In this document: in pieces, positions 48,207 through 57,710 of the stretch
Position numbering within the stretch: the first letter of the stretch is position 1
Layout of the letters: every line of letters begins with the position of its first letter
Assembly (NCBI GenBank): GCA_963848135.1
Contig: CAWKCK010000002.1
Location: 248,001-312,000, forward strand
Direction of reading: 5' to 3'
Origin: an uncultured delta proteobacterium
Lineage (GTDB): Bacteria; Desulfobacterota; Desulfobacteria; Desulfobacterales; SG8-13
Length of the DNA stretch: 64,000 bases
Program-made: the position numbers and the translations under genes
Notes under the pieces: model-generated
Database searches by the model: none
What the model was told of the DNA's origin: nothing
The model's input: only the letters and a program-made list of their open reading frames with translations

Positions 48207-50039
48207 ATGTTTGCAAATTTTATCTACTTTATCATCGTTCTACTCATATATTCCACCTATCAACCTGTGGCGGAGGCCAATTTTTCACCGCTCAATACGG
48301 CCTTTTACTTTATCGGTGTGCATTTCCTGTTTGCTTACTTGTGTTGGGCCCTGTTCAGGCGTTTGGTTCGCCGTACCAGCAGAGAAAATTTTGTCAACCT
48401 CGGCCATGGATTTGACACCCTTCTCACCCGGCTGTCGATTTTGGCGATCATACTCTTTGCCATCGATATCTACGGATTGAATTTACCTTCATTTTTAGCC
48501 CCACTACCGGTTTTTTCCAAATGGCCAACCTTTATGGCTTTACTGTTTCTGGCCCTGTTCATTTCCTCTCTGGCCATCGTTTGGTCCTGCGCTTACGACA
48601 CCTACCGGCATTTCTATGCCTCGGACATATCGCGCGCGTCCTACGTGTGGTCACAAATCTCTTTCTCGATACCTGTATTGCTTCCGTGGCTTGTCCTTTC
48701 GGGCATCACCGACCTCATCAATGCCCTGCCCTTGATTCGGCTGCAAAAACTGTTGGCCACGACGGAGGGCTCCGTTGTGTACTTTTTATTTTTTTTGGTC
48801 ATTGTTGCCGTTATCGGGCCGACGATGATTCAGAAGTTCTGGCGCTGCCGGCCAATGGAGAACGGCATAAACCGAAAACGTATCGAATCCCTCTGCCACA
48901 GGGCTGAACTTGAGTATAACAATATCCTTTACTGGCCGATCTTCGGTGGACGAATGATAACCGCCGGAGTCATGGGCCTTGTGAAGTATTTTCGCTACAT
49001 CCTTGTAACCCATGCCCTTTTGCGTCAATTGGAACCGGATGAAATCGATGCGGTCATCGCACACGAAATCGGCCACATCAAACGCCACCATCTCGTTTTT
49101 TATCTGATCTTTTTTGCCGGTTTTATGATCATCACATACGCTACCTACGACTTGATCGTCTATGCCGTGATCTATGCCGAACCGATGTTTGAATTCTTCA
49201 CCCGATTCGGGTTTAACCCAGTGACCATGACATCAATTTTTCTGAGCGTCAGCATGGTATTCATTTTCTTAATCTATTTTCGTTTCTTATTCGGATACTT
49301 CATGCGTAACTTCGAGCGCCAGGCAGACGGCTACGTATATGCTTTGTTTGACACGGCACGACCGCTCATAACGACGCTGGAAAAAATCGCCTTTACAAGC
49401 GGACAACCTCCGGACCGTCCCAACTGGCATCATTTCAGTATCTCAGAGCGCATCAGATATCTGAACAATTGCGAAGCCGATCGCGCCACTGTCAACCGCC
49501 ACGATCGTAAAGTCAAAAAAAGCATTTCCATGTTTGTTGCCGGTCTTGTTCTCGTGGGAGCAGTGGGGTATTCGCTCAATTTTGGTGAAACCGGAAAGCA
49601 GTTGAGCACGCATTTCTTTGAAAAGCTCATTCTCAGGGAAATCGAAAAACATCCTCTCAACCCGAACCTGCACAAAACACTCGGCGACCTCTATTACGAA
49701 ACAGGCAACTTTGACGGTGTAAGGCAGGCTTACGAAACCTCACTGAAAATCAACCCCAATAACCCCCACGTCCTCAACAACCTGGCCTGGCTGTATGCCA
49801 CTGCGGAGAACCCCCGTTTCCGCAATCCGCAAAGGGCTTTGACTTTGGCAATGGCGGCCGCCGCCATCATTGAGGAACCTCACATCCTGGACACATTGGC
49901 CGAAGCCTATTACATCAACGGTATTTATCCCAAAGCTCTCGAAGCGGCGCTGCGCGCCCAGCGGTTGGCGCGGGACAACCACGCCTACTATCAGGAACAA
50001 GTTGACAAGTTCAGAAGAGCGGCGGGTCCGGCGGTCTGA
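48207..50039 (+). CDS. M48 family membrane zinc metalloprotease with C-terminal TPRs
   Basis: AHEIGH, RNFERQAD and multiple TMs; LNNLAW and LDTLAEAY TPR motifs. Confidence 0.9.
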   Translation: MFANFIYFIIVLLIYSTYQPVAEANFSPLNTAFYFIGVHFLFAYLCWALFRRLVRRTSRENFVNLGHGFDTLLTRLSILAIILFAIDIYGLNLPSFLAPLPVFSKWPTFMALLFLALFISSLAIVWSCAYDTYRHFYASDISRASYVWSQISFSIPVLLPWLVLSGITDLINALPLIRLQKLLATTEGSVVYFLFFLVIVAVIGPTMIQKFWRCRPMENGINRKRIESLCHRAELEYNNILYWPIFGGRMITAGVMGLVKYFRYILVTHALLRQLEPDEIDAVIAHEIGHIKRHHLVFYLIFFAGFMIITYATYDLIVYAVIYAEPMFEFFTRFGFNPVTMTSIFLSVSMVFIFLIYFRFLFGYFMRNFERQADGYVYALFDTARPLITTLEKIAFTSGQPPDRPNWHHFSISERIRYLNNCEADRATVNRHDRKVKKSISMFVAGLVLVGAVGYSLNFGETGKQLSTHFFEKLILREIEKHPLNPNLHKTLGDLYYETGNFDGVRQAYETSLKINPNNPHVLNNLAWLYATAENPRFRNPQRALTLAMAAAAIIEEPHILDTLAEAYYINGIYPKALEAALRAQRLARDNHAYYQEQVDKFRRAAGPAV

Positions 50040-50050
50040 CGCCATGATAT

Positions 50051-50755
50051 TCAGACAGGAAGAATGACGCGGTGAAAGGCTTCGGCCAATTCGAAGGGCT
50101 CGTCCTTGGCCATTTCACGACAACGCTGCCGAAGCCATGATTCTAAATCGGCAATGCCGAGTTCTATGACCTGGCTGGCATGGCATCGCAGCGCGGCCAG
50201 TTTGATATCAAAGGTATCCGTGATATCGGACCGGTAGTTCACGTCTTCTGCTGCCCAGAAAAGCAACTCTCGAACTTTATGGGGTTCCAAACCTTCAGCC
50301 AACATGTCCGGGTAAGCCAGATGATCCCTGGCGTATGGAAATACAGCGTCCATAACGACCTGTCCGGTAATTCGGTGGTCACGATGCCAGATGTAGCGGC
50401 GGTAGGGATCTGTGGTCGTCACCGTCCGGGGACGGTATTTTCGGATAATTCGGACGATTTCTTTGCGAAATTTCGTCGTGTCTTCCAACGCCTGATCGGG
50501 AAATCCAAGGAATTCCAGTCGTTCAACTCCTAATAGAGCGGCAGCGGCTTTTTGTTCTTGTTTCCGAATTTCAGTCAGATCTTGAGAAGACAAACTGCGA
50601 TCAGTGGTTCCTTTGTCTCCCGTCGTGCAAACAACATACACCACGCGTCTGCCGGTCCTGGTCCAGTTTGCAACCGTTCCAGCCGCCCCGAATTCGGCAT
50701 CATCCGGATGGGGCGAAATGACCACAGCATCGATTTCATCCATTCCCTCTCTCAT
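50051..50755 (-). CDS. PIG-L/LmbE family N-acetyl deacetylase (MshB/BshB/Mca-like)
   Basis: PHPDD, TTGD.G, R..E...A, HRDH and K..AL..H.SQ; ATGA overlap with the upstream GT. Confidence 0.92.
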   Translation of the reverse strand: MREGMDEIDAVVISPHPDDAEFGAAGTVANWTRTGRRVVYVVCTTGDKGTTDRSLSSQDLTEIRKQEQKAAAALLGVERLEFLGFPDQALEDTTKFRKEIVRIIRKYRPRTVTTTDPYRRYIWHRDHRITGQVVMDAVFPYARDHLAYPDMLAEGLEPHKVRELLFWAAEDVNYRSDITDTFDIKLAALRCHASQVIELGIADLESWLRQRCREMAKDEPFELAEAFHRVILPV

Positions 50756-52017
50756 GTCATACCTCCTGAGTTGCAAATGCGAGTGTATTCTTCTGATAGC
50801 GCCGCGGCAACAGCCGGCCATCCATACTGGTGGACTGTAGCGCGGATCTCGTTGCGGGCCCCAGGTGTCTGTCCGGTTTCGGGAGTAAAAAGGAGCCTTC
50901 CAATACCCGCCGCCAGGGACTCTGAACCGGCAGCATTCACAATGTATCCGTTGCGATCATTTGTGAGAAGACTATCGGCAGCACCTACCGGTGTGGAAAC
51001 TACCGGCGTTCCACAGGCGAGGGCTTCGAGCACAACCAAACCGAAACTTTCATATCGGGAGGGGACAACCAGTAGGTCTGCAGCGCTGTAATAGATCGGC
51101 AGATGTTCCCGTTCGACCCGTCCTGCGAATTTGACATATTCCTGCAGTTCTAAAGCACGGACGACCTTTCGCAGGCGTCTTTCTTCAGCAGTTCGGGGCC
51201 CGTCTCCGCCGACAATGATTACCTGGACGTTTTGCCGTCGCATTAAAATGGCCACGGCCTCTAACAGGCGGTCAATCCCCTTGAGCGGTTCGAAACGACC
51301 GACATAGAGCAAAATCGAATCCCCGCGCGCATAACCGAGTGCCTGCCGGGCCGCAAACGTATCCCTCGGCCGAAACACTTCCAAATCGACGCCGCAGGGG
51401 ACAATCGCCACCTTTTCCGGTGCGGCATCATAGAAGCGCTTGAGTTGTTCTTTCTCCCTTTCTGTTGCGGAAATAATCCGATGGCATTCGTGAACCAGTT
51501 GTCTCTCCGTTGCGAGACGAATAACCGGTTCCGGCTTGCCGATGCCGATACTGTTCTTCATAGCGGCCAAGGTGTGAAAGGTAATCACATGCGGTTTTTC
51601 CCAGTGCTCCTGCGCCATCTTGCCGAGACATCCGGACAACCAGTAATGGCTATGAATCACATCGTAACCGATCGAGTGCCGGTTCCGAAAAGTTTCCATT
51701 TCCTTGAAAAAAATCGGCACTTGTCGATAAAATGCTGCTGGGGTTTTACGTCCGCCGCCGCTGCTTAATCGAATTAGATTGACATTTTTCCCCAGCGATA
51801 TGATCGCTTCCTCAGCCCCCCCTGTCCGGCCGGTATAGATATCTACCGAGTGTCCCAATCGCCCCAGTTCCAGCGCAACATCCCGGATATATACACTCAT
51901 GCCGCCCGTATCCCGTGTGCCCAATTTTCCGATCGGACTCGAGTGAAGGCTGAGCATGGCAATGCTGAGGGAATTTTTCGGTGATGAATGGTTTTTTTTC
52001 GGTATTCGTCCGGCCAT
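50752..52017 (-). CDS. GT4 glycosyltransferase, MshA-like
   Basis: AMLSLHSSP...DTGGMSVY, YDVIHSHYWLSG, TFHTL and YESFGLVVLEALACG. Confidence 0.85.
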   Translation of the reverse strand: MAGRIPKKNHSSPKNSLSIAMLSLHSSPIGKLGTRDTGGMSVYIRDVALELGRLGHSVDIYTGRTGGAEEAIISLGKNVNLIRLSSGGGRKTPAAFYRQVPIFFKEMETFRNRHSIGYDVIHSHYWLSGCLGKMAQEHWEKPHVITFHTLAAMKNSIGIGKPEPVIRLATERQLVHECHRIISATEREKEQLKRFYDAAPEKVAIVPCGVDLEVFRPRDTFAARQALGYARGDSILLYVGRFEPLKGIDRLLEAVAILMRRQNVQVIIVGGDGPRTAEERRLRKVVRALELQEYVKFAGRVEREHLPIYYSAADLLVVPSRYESFGLVVLEALACGTPVVSTPVGAADSLLTNDRNGYIVNAAGSESLAAGIGRLLFTPETGQTPGARNEIRATVHQYGWPAVAAALSEEYTRICNSGGMT

Positions 52018-52024
52018 GGCGCAT

Positions 52025-53077
52025 TCAGTCCAGATCGACCCGGCAATTATACAGCTGAAGCGGTCTGCCTCCCAATCTCTTCTTGTAGATTTCACCGCCT
52101 TTCAGAAAATCATACGCCTTCAACCCGGACTGAATCCCGTCTTTGAGACTGAGGACCTTACTCAAAAACCCGACGCTCAAACGACTGAATTGTTGATCAT
52201 AGGCGTTATTGTAGAGATATCGCGTTGATCGGAAGTCAATACACATCACCACAGCAGCAGGAACCGCATCGATCTTGAGCGTGAAAAGTTTGAGCATGCC
52301 ATTTTCTGCCAACCCCTTCGCCAAAGCACGAAAAAATCCGGTCATCTGATGGGTCATGAATGCGGCCTTGTGCGGGTGATTTTGTCGGAAAAGTTTTAGA
52401 AAGATATCCATTACCCTGCCGGTATCCACAGGTTTATCAGCCAAGACATATGAAACGATGCCGGCTTCGTAAAGTCGTCTGAGTTTTCGCCGGATTTCGT
52501 GCCTTTGCTTTGCCGGCAACTGCAGGAGATATTTATCCCAAGTATCTGGAAGCTTAAGAGCCAAGCTCACATCTTGAGCCTGGGATGAGATCTGGCATCC
52601 CAGGTTTACAGCCATGTCCTTAAAAACCGTCAGGATGGACGAGTCGGACCGGACGTGTTCCAACCGCAAATATTGGACGCTTTGGCGGCGAAGATCCCTT
52701 ACCAGGCATGCAAAAAAATCTGTTTCCCTTCCGGGTGCAATCACAAAATCCAGATAATCACAAACCGATGTGTCCCCCGCAAATGAGGCGCAATGGCAAT
52801 TGTGATCGATCATCAGCGCCGCAACGCCGACAACGTCATCCGCGACCCTTACAGCTCTCAAATAAGGGATTGCCGTGCCGTTGAAGCGGTCTATCCACGC
52901 CTTCAGCCACGGCGGAGACACAAACAAGCAATGCCAAGGGAGACGATTGTCATGATCGGCCCAGAGTCTCGTAAGGCTGTCGAGAGTTTCTTCCGTGATG
53001 TGATCTGGGCCGCTGGTTAACCGGCCTATTTCAGGAATTTTCTTCAATGTGACATAGGTATGTGTGCTATGCGGCAT
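52025..53077 (-). CDS. GNAT family protein (CelD/BcsL, Acetyltransf_6 type)
   Basis: F.SP.W..AW, DYLD, LP..W..YL..L..K.R..IRRK.RRL, LSVG and DFLKGGE.YK. Confidence 0.88.
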   Translation of the reverse strand: MPHSTHTYVTLKKIPEIGRLTSGPDHITEETLDSLTRLWADHDNRLPWHCLFVSPPWLKAWIDRFNGTAIPYLRAVRVADDVVGVAALMIDHNCHCASFAGDTSVCDYLDFVIAPGRETDFFACLVRDLRRQSVQYLRLEHVRSDSSILTVFKDMAVNLGCQISSQAQDVSLALKLPDTWDKYLLQLPAKQRHEIRRKLRRLYEAGIVSYVLADKPVDTGRVMDIFLKLFRQNHPHKAAFMTHQMTGFFRALAKGLAENGMLKLFTLKIDAVPAAVVMCIDFRSTRYLYNNAYDQQFSRLSVGFLSKVLSLKDGIQSGLKAYDFLKGGEIYKKRLGGRPLQLYNCRVDLD

Positions 53078-53118
53078 TCTTTTTGATTCTTGCTGGTGAA
53101 TTCAGAACCGAAATGGGG

Positions 53119-54150
53119 TCACTCGCATTCGTCGGTCCGACGCAGCGCAGCGGTTTTCCCGCTCCTTGCCGCTTCTGCCAGCGCGTCCAGTACTCGCATG
53201 TTGGCCATACTGTCAGTGACCGGATATGCCGGTTCAATCCTTTCTCTGATGACATCCGCAAAATGTTCGACCATCAGCTGGTATTCGTCAACACCGGCAA
53301 CGACAATTTCCTCTCCGTACTCCTCGGCTGGTCCTCGCAACCAGTAAAGCGCATCCTTTTCCCAGGGAATAAAAGCATTGTGAGGCAGCTCAATGGCACC
53401 ATCACGCCCAATAACGCTGTAAGTCTGCTGAAGTGCCGAATCGAAACTGACTTCCAGACATCCCATGGCACTATTGGGAAAAACCAAGTTCCCTACCAGG
53501 TGTATGTCCACTCCGGCAGAGTTAAATACCGCCTGGGCCTGTACATGGGTGGGTTCGCCTTCGAAAAGCCACCGGGCCAGGCTGACACCGTAGCAACCGA
53601 CATCCAGAAGGGCTCCTCCACCGGTTTCCGGTTTGAGACGAAAATTGGTGCCCTCTGCTATCACTTTACTGTCCATACGATAACAGAACGCTGTTCGTAC
53701 CAGACGAGGATCACCGATGCTGCCGGCGCTGATCAGCTGCTTGATTCGCCGACTGCGGGGATGAAAACGATACATCAACGCCTCCATGAGCAACAGATTT
53801 GATGCGGCAGCGCTACGTATCATTTCTTCGGCTTCCAGAGCATTGCAGGCTAACGGTTTTTCGCACAATACCGGCTTACCCGCTTTTAAACAATTGAGTG
53901 TCCAAGGAAGGTGCAGATGGTTCGGTAGGGGAAGGTAAACAGCATCGACATTTCGATCCGCCAGCAGAGCTTTGTAACCTTCGTAAAAGTACGGTATCCC
54001 ATACTTACGGGCGACATCCCGAGCAGTCGCCGGTGACCGCGACGCCAGTGCGTGAACAACACCGTTGCGAGATTTCTGAATCGCTGGAATAACGCACACA
54101 CGGGCGATCGTGGCATTACCCATGACACCCCAGCGGATGGGTTCAGTCAT
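53119..54150 (-). CDS. Gfo/Idh/MocA family oxidoreductase
   Basis: WGVMG.A.IA, AVY..LPN..H, VLCEKP and GGGALLDVGCY; 8-nt overlap with the upstream gene. Confidence 0.92.
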   Translation of the reverse strand: MTEPIRWGVMGNATIARVCVIPAIQKSRNGVVHALASRSPATARDVARKYGIPYFYEGYKALLADRNVDAVYLPLPNHLHLPWTLNCLKAGKPVLCEKPLACNALEAEEMIRSAAASNLLLMEALMYRFHPRSRRIKQLISAGSIGDPRLVRTAFCYRMDSKVIAEGTNFRLKPETGGGALLDVGCYGVSLARWLFEGEPTHVQAQAVFNSAGVDIHLVGNLVFPNSAMGCLEVSFDSALQQTYSVIGRDGAIELPHNAFIPWEKDALYWLRGPAEEYGEEIVVAGVDEYQLMVEHFADVIRERIEPAYPVTDSMANMRVLDALAEAARSGKTAALRRTDECE

Positions 54151-55795
54151 CGACCCCCTCCATCCGGCCTCCAGCGGCGGCCGATTTGACCGCAGCCTCC
54201 AAAATCGCCACCACACGAACAGAGTCCGTTAAAGGCGCAGCAACGGGTTCTCCCAAAAGGATGTGATCGGCAAGGTTGCAATGAAACTGATAGTGTTGCC
54301 GTTCAGGCTGAGCCATGTTCTGGCGAACAATTTGGCCCGTCGAATGGCGGCGGTAGAGTCGCAATTCCGGTGTCATCTCGGTAGGCGGTATGCTGTCCTT
54401 CTGGTAGTAGTGCAGCGGATCGGTGCTATATGAATCCACATCGCGCCAATTTCCAATGATGGCCCCTTTTGTCCCTAAAAGGTACCACTTAGGCTTGCGC
54501 ACGGCCGCAATGTCTGAATGCATGAATTCGGCCTCTTTCCCGCTGGTAAAGCGGATGACAATCCGTTCCTGATCAGCATTGGTGACATCGTGCCAGACGC
54601 GTTTGTGACGGGATGCGCTGACCGATGCCACCGGTTCCGGAATCAGACTGACCACCCAGTCAAGATAATGTGCTCCCCAGTCGTAAGTTGTGCCGCCAGA
54701 TATCGGGGCATGCGAGTGCCAATATCCACAAGGATGTGAGAATCCACCGATAAATGTTTCCATGTAAAAAAGTTCACCGATCAAATCCTTTTTCAATGCG
54801 TCTTTTATGGTTAGGTAGTCAACGTCCCAACGCCGGTTCTGATGGCATCCGAGGTAGAGCTTTCCGTTATCGGCCGTTTGTGACATTGCATCCGTTTCTT
54901 TCCGGCTGAGGGCCAGCGGTTTTTCACATACGACATGCTTGCCCGAGGCCATCATTTTAATGGATAGATCTGCGTGGGTGTTAGGCGGCGTGGCCACGAT
55001 GACCAGGTCCACTTCGGGATCGCTCCCAAAGGCTTCGGCGTTATCGTAAACGTTGAGTCCTGCAAAATCGATTTGCGCTTGAGCCCGCCGATGGGGATTT
55101 AGATCGCAGACCGCTTTCAAATCCAAACCGGCCGTCTTCTCCGCACCTAGCCCGTGAAGTTGTCCAACTGATGGCGCATACCCGAGAATGCCGATTCCCA
55201 GAGTTCTCTTCGTTTCAAAAGCGCCTGCCAGTTCACGTATCAATCGATAGAGGATGCGTTGAAATGTTGGATGCTCGTAAGCGGTCATGGTGGTTACCGC
55301 CACGGTGCCGTCGCCAGACCGCCGCCGCACCAACACCGGATTGTGACTGTAGTTCCAATCGGCATAGAGCAGCACTTCCGCATCGTTTTTCAGGCATTTC
55401 ACAGGACGGTGGGTGCCCATGAGGTATACCGCATCCGGCAGACGCGCCGCCATCTGGTGCTCCGGGTCGCTGAAAAGCACCCGCAATTCCGTATGAGGAC
55501 CCGGTGGACCGATATGCACTCCAAAAATGTCTGGAAGGGATATTTTACCATCCGGGTTCAAAACCAGCCAACCACCGCCAGTCCGAACGTAATCCCGTAG
55601 TGTTTCTTGTTCGGCCTGGTTTAACGTCATTCCGACGCTTATCACAGCGTTGGCGTCGTTCAGTCCCTTGGGCAAGTCCGCCCGGACAGACACGCGTATA
55701 TGCACCATGTTTTGCAAGTACGTTTTTAATGGCGCCCATGCGGCACCATCGTCTTCAGCAACGATCAACACGTCAAATGATGGATGATTGAGCAT
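54143..55795 (-). CDS. Class I GATase-like/ThuA-like domain fused to a Gfo/Idh/MocA oxidoreductase
   Basis: N-terminal L..YV..GGG...L and G.G.V pattern; C-terminal IGILGY, ATPP..H, HVVCEKP, QNRRWD and DWGAH. Confidence 0.85.
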   Translation of the reverse strand: MLNHPSFDVLIVAEDDGAAWAPLKTYLQNMVHIRVSVRADLPKGLNDANAVISVGMTLNQAEQETLRDYVRTGGGWLVLNPDGKISLPDIFGVHIGPPGPHTELRVLFSDPEHQMAARLPDAVYLMGTHRPVKCLKNDAEVLLYADWNYSHNPVLVRRRSGDGTVAVTTMTAYEHPTFQRILYRLIRELAGAFETKRTLGIGILGYAPSVGQLHGLGAEKTAGLDLKAVCDLNPHRRAQAQIDFAGLNVYDNAEAFGSDPEVDLVIVATPPNTHADLSIKMMASGKHVVCEKPLALSRKETDAMSQTADNGKLYLGCHQNRRWDVDYLTIKDALKKDLIGELFYMETFIGGFSHPCGYWHSHAPISGGTTYDWGAHYLDWVVSLIPEPVASVSASRHKRVWHDVTNADQERIVIRFTSGKEAEFMHSDIAAVRKPKWYLLGTKGAIIGNWRDVDSYSTDPLHYYQKDSIPPTEMTPELRLYRRHSTGQIVRQNMAQPERQHYQFHCNLADHILLGEPVAAPLTDSVRVVAILEAAVKSAAAGGRMEGVDD

Positions 55796-55808
55796 ATTCT
55801 GAACACCT

Positions 55809-57083
55809 TTACGGGCGGTGGGGTTCCGCGTCTGCTGATCGCCAGCGGGCCCCGTCTGGTGTATCTTCGATAACCAGCCCGATTCGCTCCAGACCGGTGC
55901 GGACGGCATCCGCCGCCGCCCATTGCCTGTTTTGCCGGAAAGAGTTCCGCAAGGCGATCAGTTCATTAATCATCGGAATCAATACGGCGACCGGGTCTGA
56001 GGGCGCTGGTTGTAATTTCGGCCCGAGCAGAACGATTAAATCCCGCAGTGTTTCCCGGCCCTGGGAAATGAATTCCTCGCTTTCCAAATCCTCCTGGGCC
56101 TGCCAAAGGATTCGATCCAATTCCAGCAGGGCGTTGACGATTCTTTTGGGGTCATCCTGCTCGATACCGGTAAGAAAAGTTTCCCGGAGTGAATGTATGG
56201 TATCCCAGAATCGAGACTCCGAATATTTGGTTTCCGTCGGTCGTGTCTTTTGATTTTTCGGTGATGCTTTCGTTCGCTCGCCGGAAATTAACGGATCTTT
56301 GATGAAATCTAAAGGAAATCGATCTCCCTTCTCGAAGACCATTTCACGGTCACCTTGGCGGAGTAAAACCTTTCCGAGTCCCTGGACCCTGGCTTCAAAT
56401 GGTTCAAGGTCTAAAGTGCAAGATGTGTGTTCATCGATGCCGATAATCGTCACGTCTTCGGGTAGCATTGCGGCCAGACTATTGAAGCGTAATTCACCCA
56501 TAAAGCAAAACCGGGTATCATGGGTTCCTCCTTCGGCATTGTTCCAATGCGGCACAACAACCAGGTTAAAGCCCAAGGCACCAAGGATGTCCGTTCCGTC
56601 CACCCAGTGAAGGTCCTGGCCGACTTTGTAGATTTCATAGACCGGCAAGGTCAAGCGGCCCATAGTGAGAGCGGCCGCACTGGCCGCCACCAGGCAACCG
56701 CCACTGCGAACCCTGTTCGCCAGGATTCCAGGAATTGGCGACGCTTGAAGCTGGCGAATAGTGTACGTCGGGCTACCGGGGCCAATCAAAATATAATCGG
56801 CCTCGCGCAACTGATGATACGCTGTTTCGGCATCAAAACCAGTTATATCTTTCGCTGATCTGAAAGAAGCGATCGTCAGGGGATAACCAAGATGATTTTC
56901 GAAATAATCCGTTGCTCTGCGGCAGATCTGTGCCACATTGAGTTGAAAACCGGCCGGCGTATCCAGAAAAACCGCTTTCGGCGATGTCCCGATCCTTTTC
57001 AGTTGCTCCTTGTGAACTTCAACCATTGTGGCCGTAAGTTCCCCGGAGCCCATGAGAATGACGGCGCCTTGTCGAGAGTTCAT
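55809..57083 (-). CDS. Peptidase S51/cyanophycinase-like domain fused to a CysRS DALR/anticodon-binding C-terminal domain
   Basis: LMGSGE, GPGSP, AASAAA (nucleophile Ser), VPHW and GIDEHT; tail LIALRNSFRQNRQWAAADAVRTGLERIGLVIEDTPDGARWR. Confidence 0.8.
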   Translation of the reverse strand: MNSRQGAVILMGSGELTATMVEVHKEQLKRIGTSPKAVFLDTPAGFQLNVAQICRRATDYFENHLGYPLTIASFRSAKDITGFDAETAYHQLREADYILIGPGSPTYTIRQLQASPIPGILANRVRSGGCLVAASAAALTMGRLTLPVYEIYKVGQDLHWVDGTDILGALGFNLVVVPHWNNAEGGTHDTRFCFMGELRFNSLAAMLPEDVTIIGIDEHTSCTLDLEPFEARVQGLGKVLLRQGDREMVFEKGDRFPLDFIKDPLISGERTKASPKNQKTRPTETKYSESRFWDTIHSLRETFLTGIEQDDPKRIVNALLELDRILWQAQEDLESEEFISQGRETLRDLIVLLGPKLQPAPSDPVAVLIPMINELIALRNSFRQNRQWAAADAVRTGLERIGLVIEDTPDGARWRSADAEPHRP

Positions 57084-57349
57084 GACCTTTCCTTTGACCT
57101 TTTATGGCCGTAAAAGGATTGCTTTGCTGTCCTGATTGCCGGGTGATCAGGAACGATGGTTTCGACGCGTACGCTTAACGAAAGCGTCTTTAAAGGGATT
57201 TATCAGATTGTCCCACTGCCGGAGATATCAACCGGGTCAAAGGAATGCACCGAAACCATTAGCGCCCTGTTGCCCGGGTGTACTTGAGAATGATGCACTT
57301 GAAACGCTGAACAAACCTCTACCGTCCAAGCCACGTCTACCCCTTGCAG

Positions 57350-57634
57350 TTATGATCGGTCGTCCGGATTTTCTTTGGACAGGATTTTAAAATGAGTATA
57401 AATTTTTTTCCCACCGCCTGCTATCAGGATCACAGCCATCATGTAAAAACAAAAATAGACAAATCCGGAGGCAGCGGCAAACTGATCGATTTGGGTAATC
57501 TTCGGCATCACCTGCGGAATCCGGTAGATGACACCGATACCCGCCAGCACCAGTGCAACTCCCCATGCGACCTGCAACCGTGCCTTATTTTGAGACTCCT
57601 GTTTCACATTGACCTGCTTTTCGGCTGATAGCAT
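57350..57634 (-). CDS. Small two-TM hypothetical protein
   Basis: Two hydrophobic helices. Confidence 0.7.
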   Translation of the reverse strand: MLSAEKQVNVKQESQNKARLQVAWGVALVLAGIGVIYRIPQVMPKITQIDQFAAASGFVYFCFYMMAVILIAGGGKKIYTHFKILSKENPDDRS

Positions 57635-57710
57635 TATCCGCTGGGATGCATTGGGGTTTCATGACATGATGCCACCGGGCAAAATAAGCCGATCATCTCA
57701 TTTATGAAAT

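Noticed and set aside
50752..52017. Assigning the symbol mshA outright
   Set aside because: Related GT4 enzymes share these motifs, the acceptor is unknown, and no ino1 or mshC is visible in the window.
55809..57083. Calling this gene cysS or mshC
   Set aside because: There is no class I synthetase catalytic domain (HIGH, KMSKS and Zn ligands absent).
57084..57349. Riboswitch or T-box upstream of the mycothiol-like operon
   Set aside because: No recognisable aptamer, T-box motif or terminator on manual reading.
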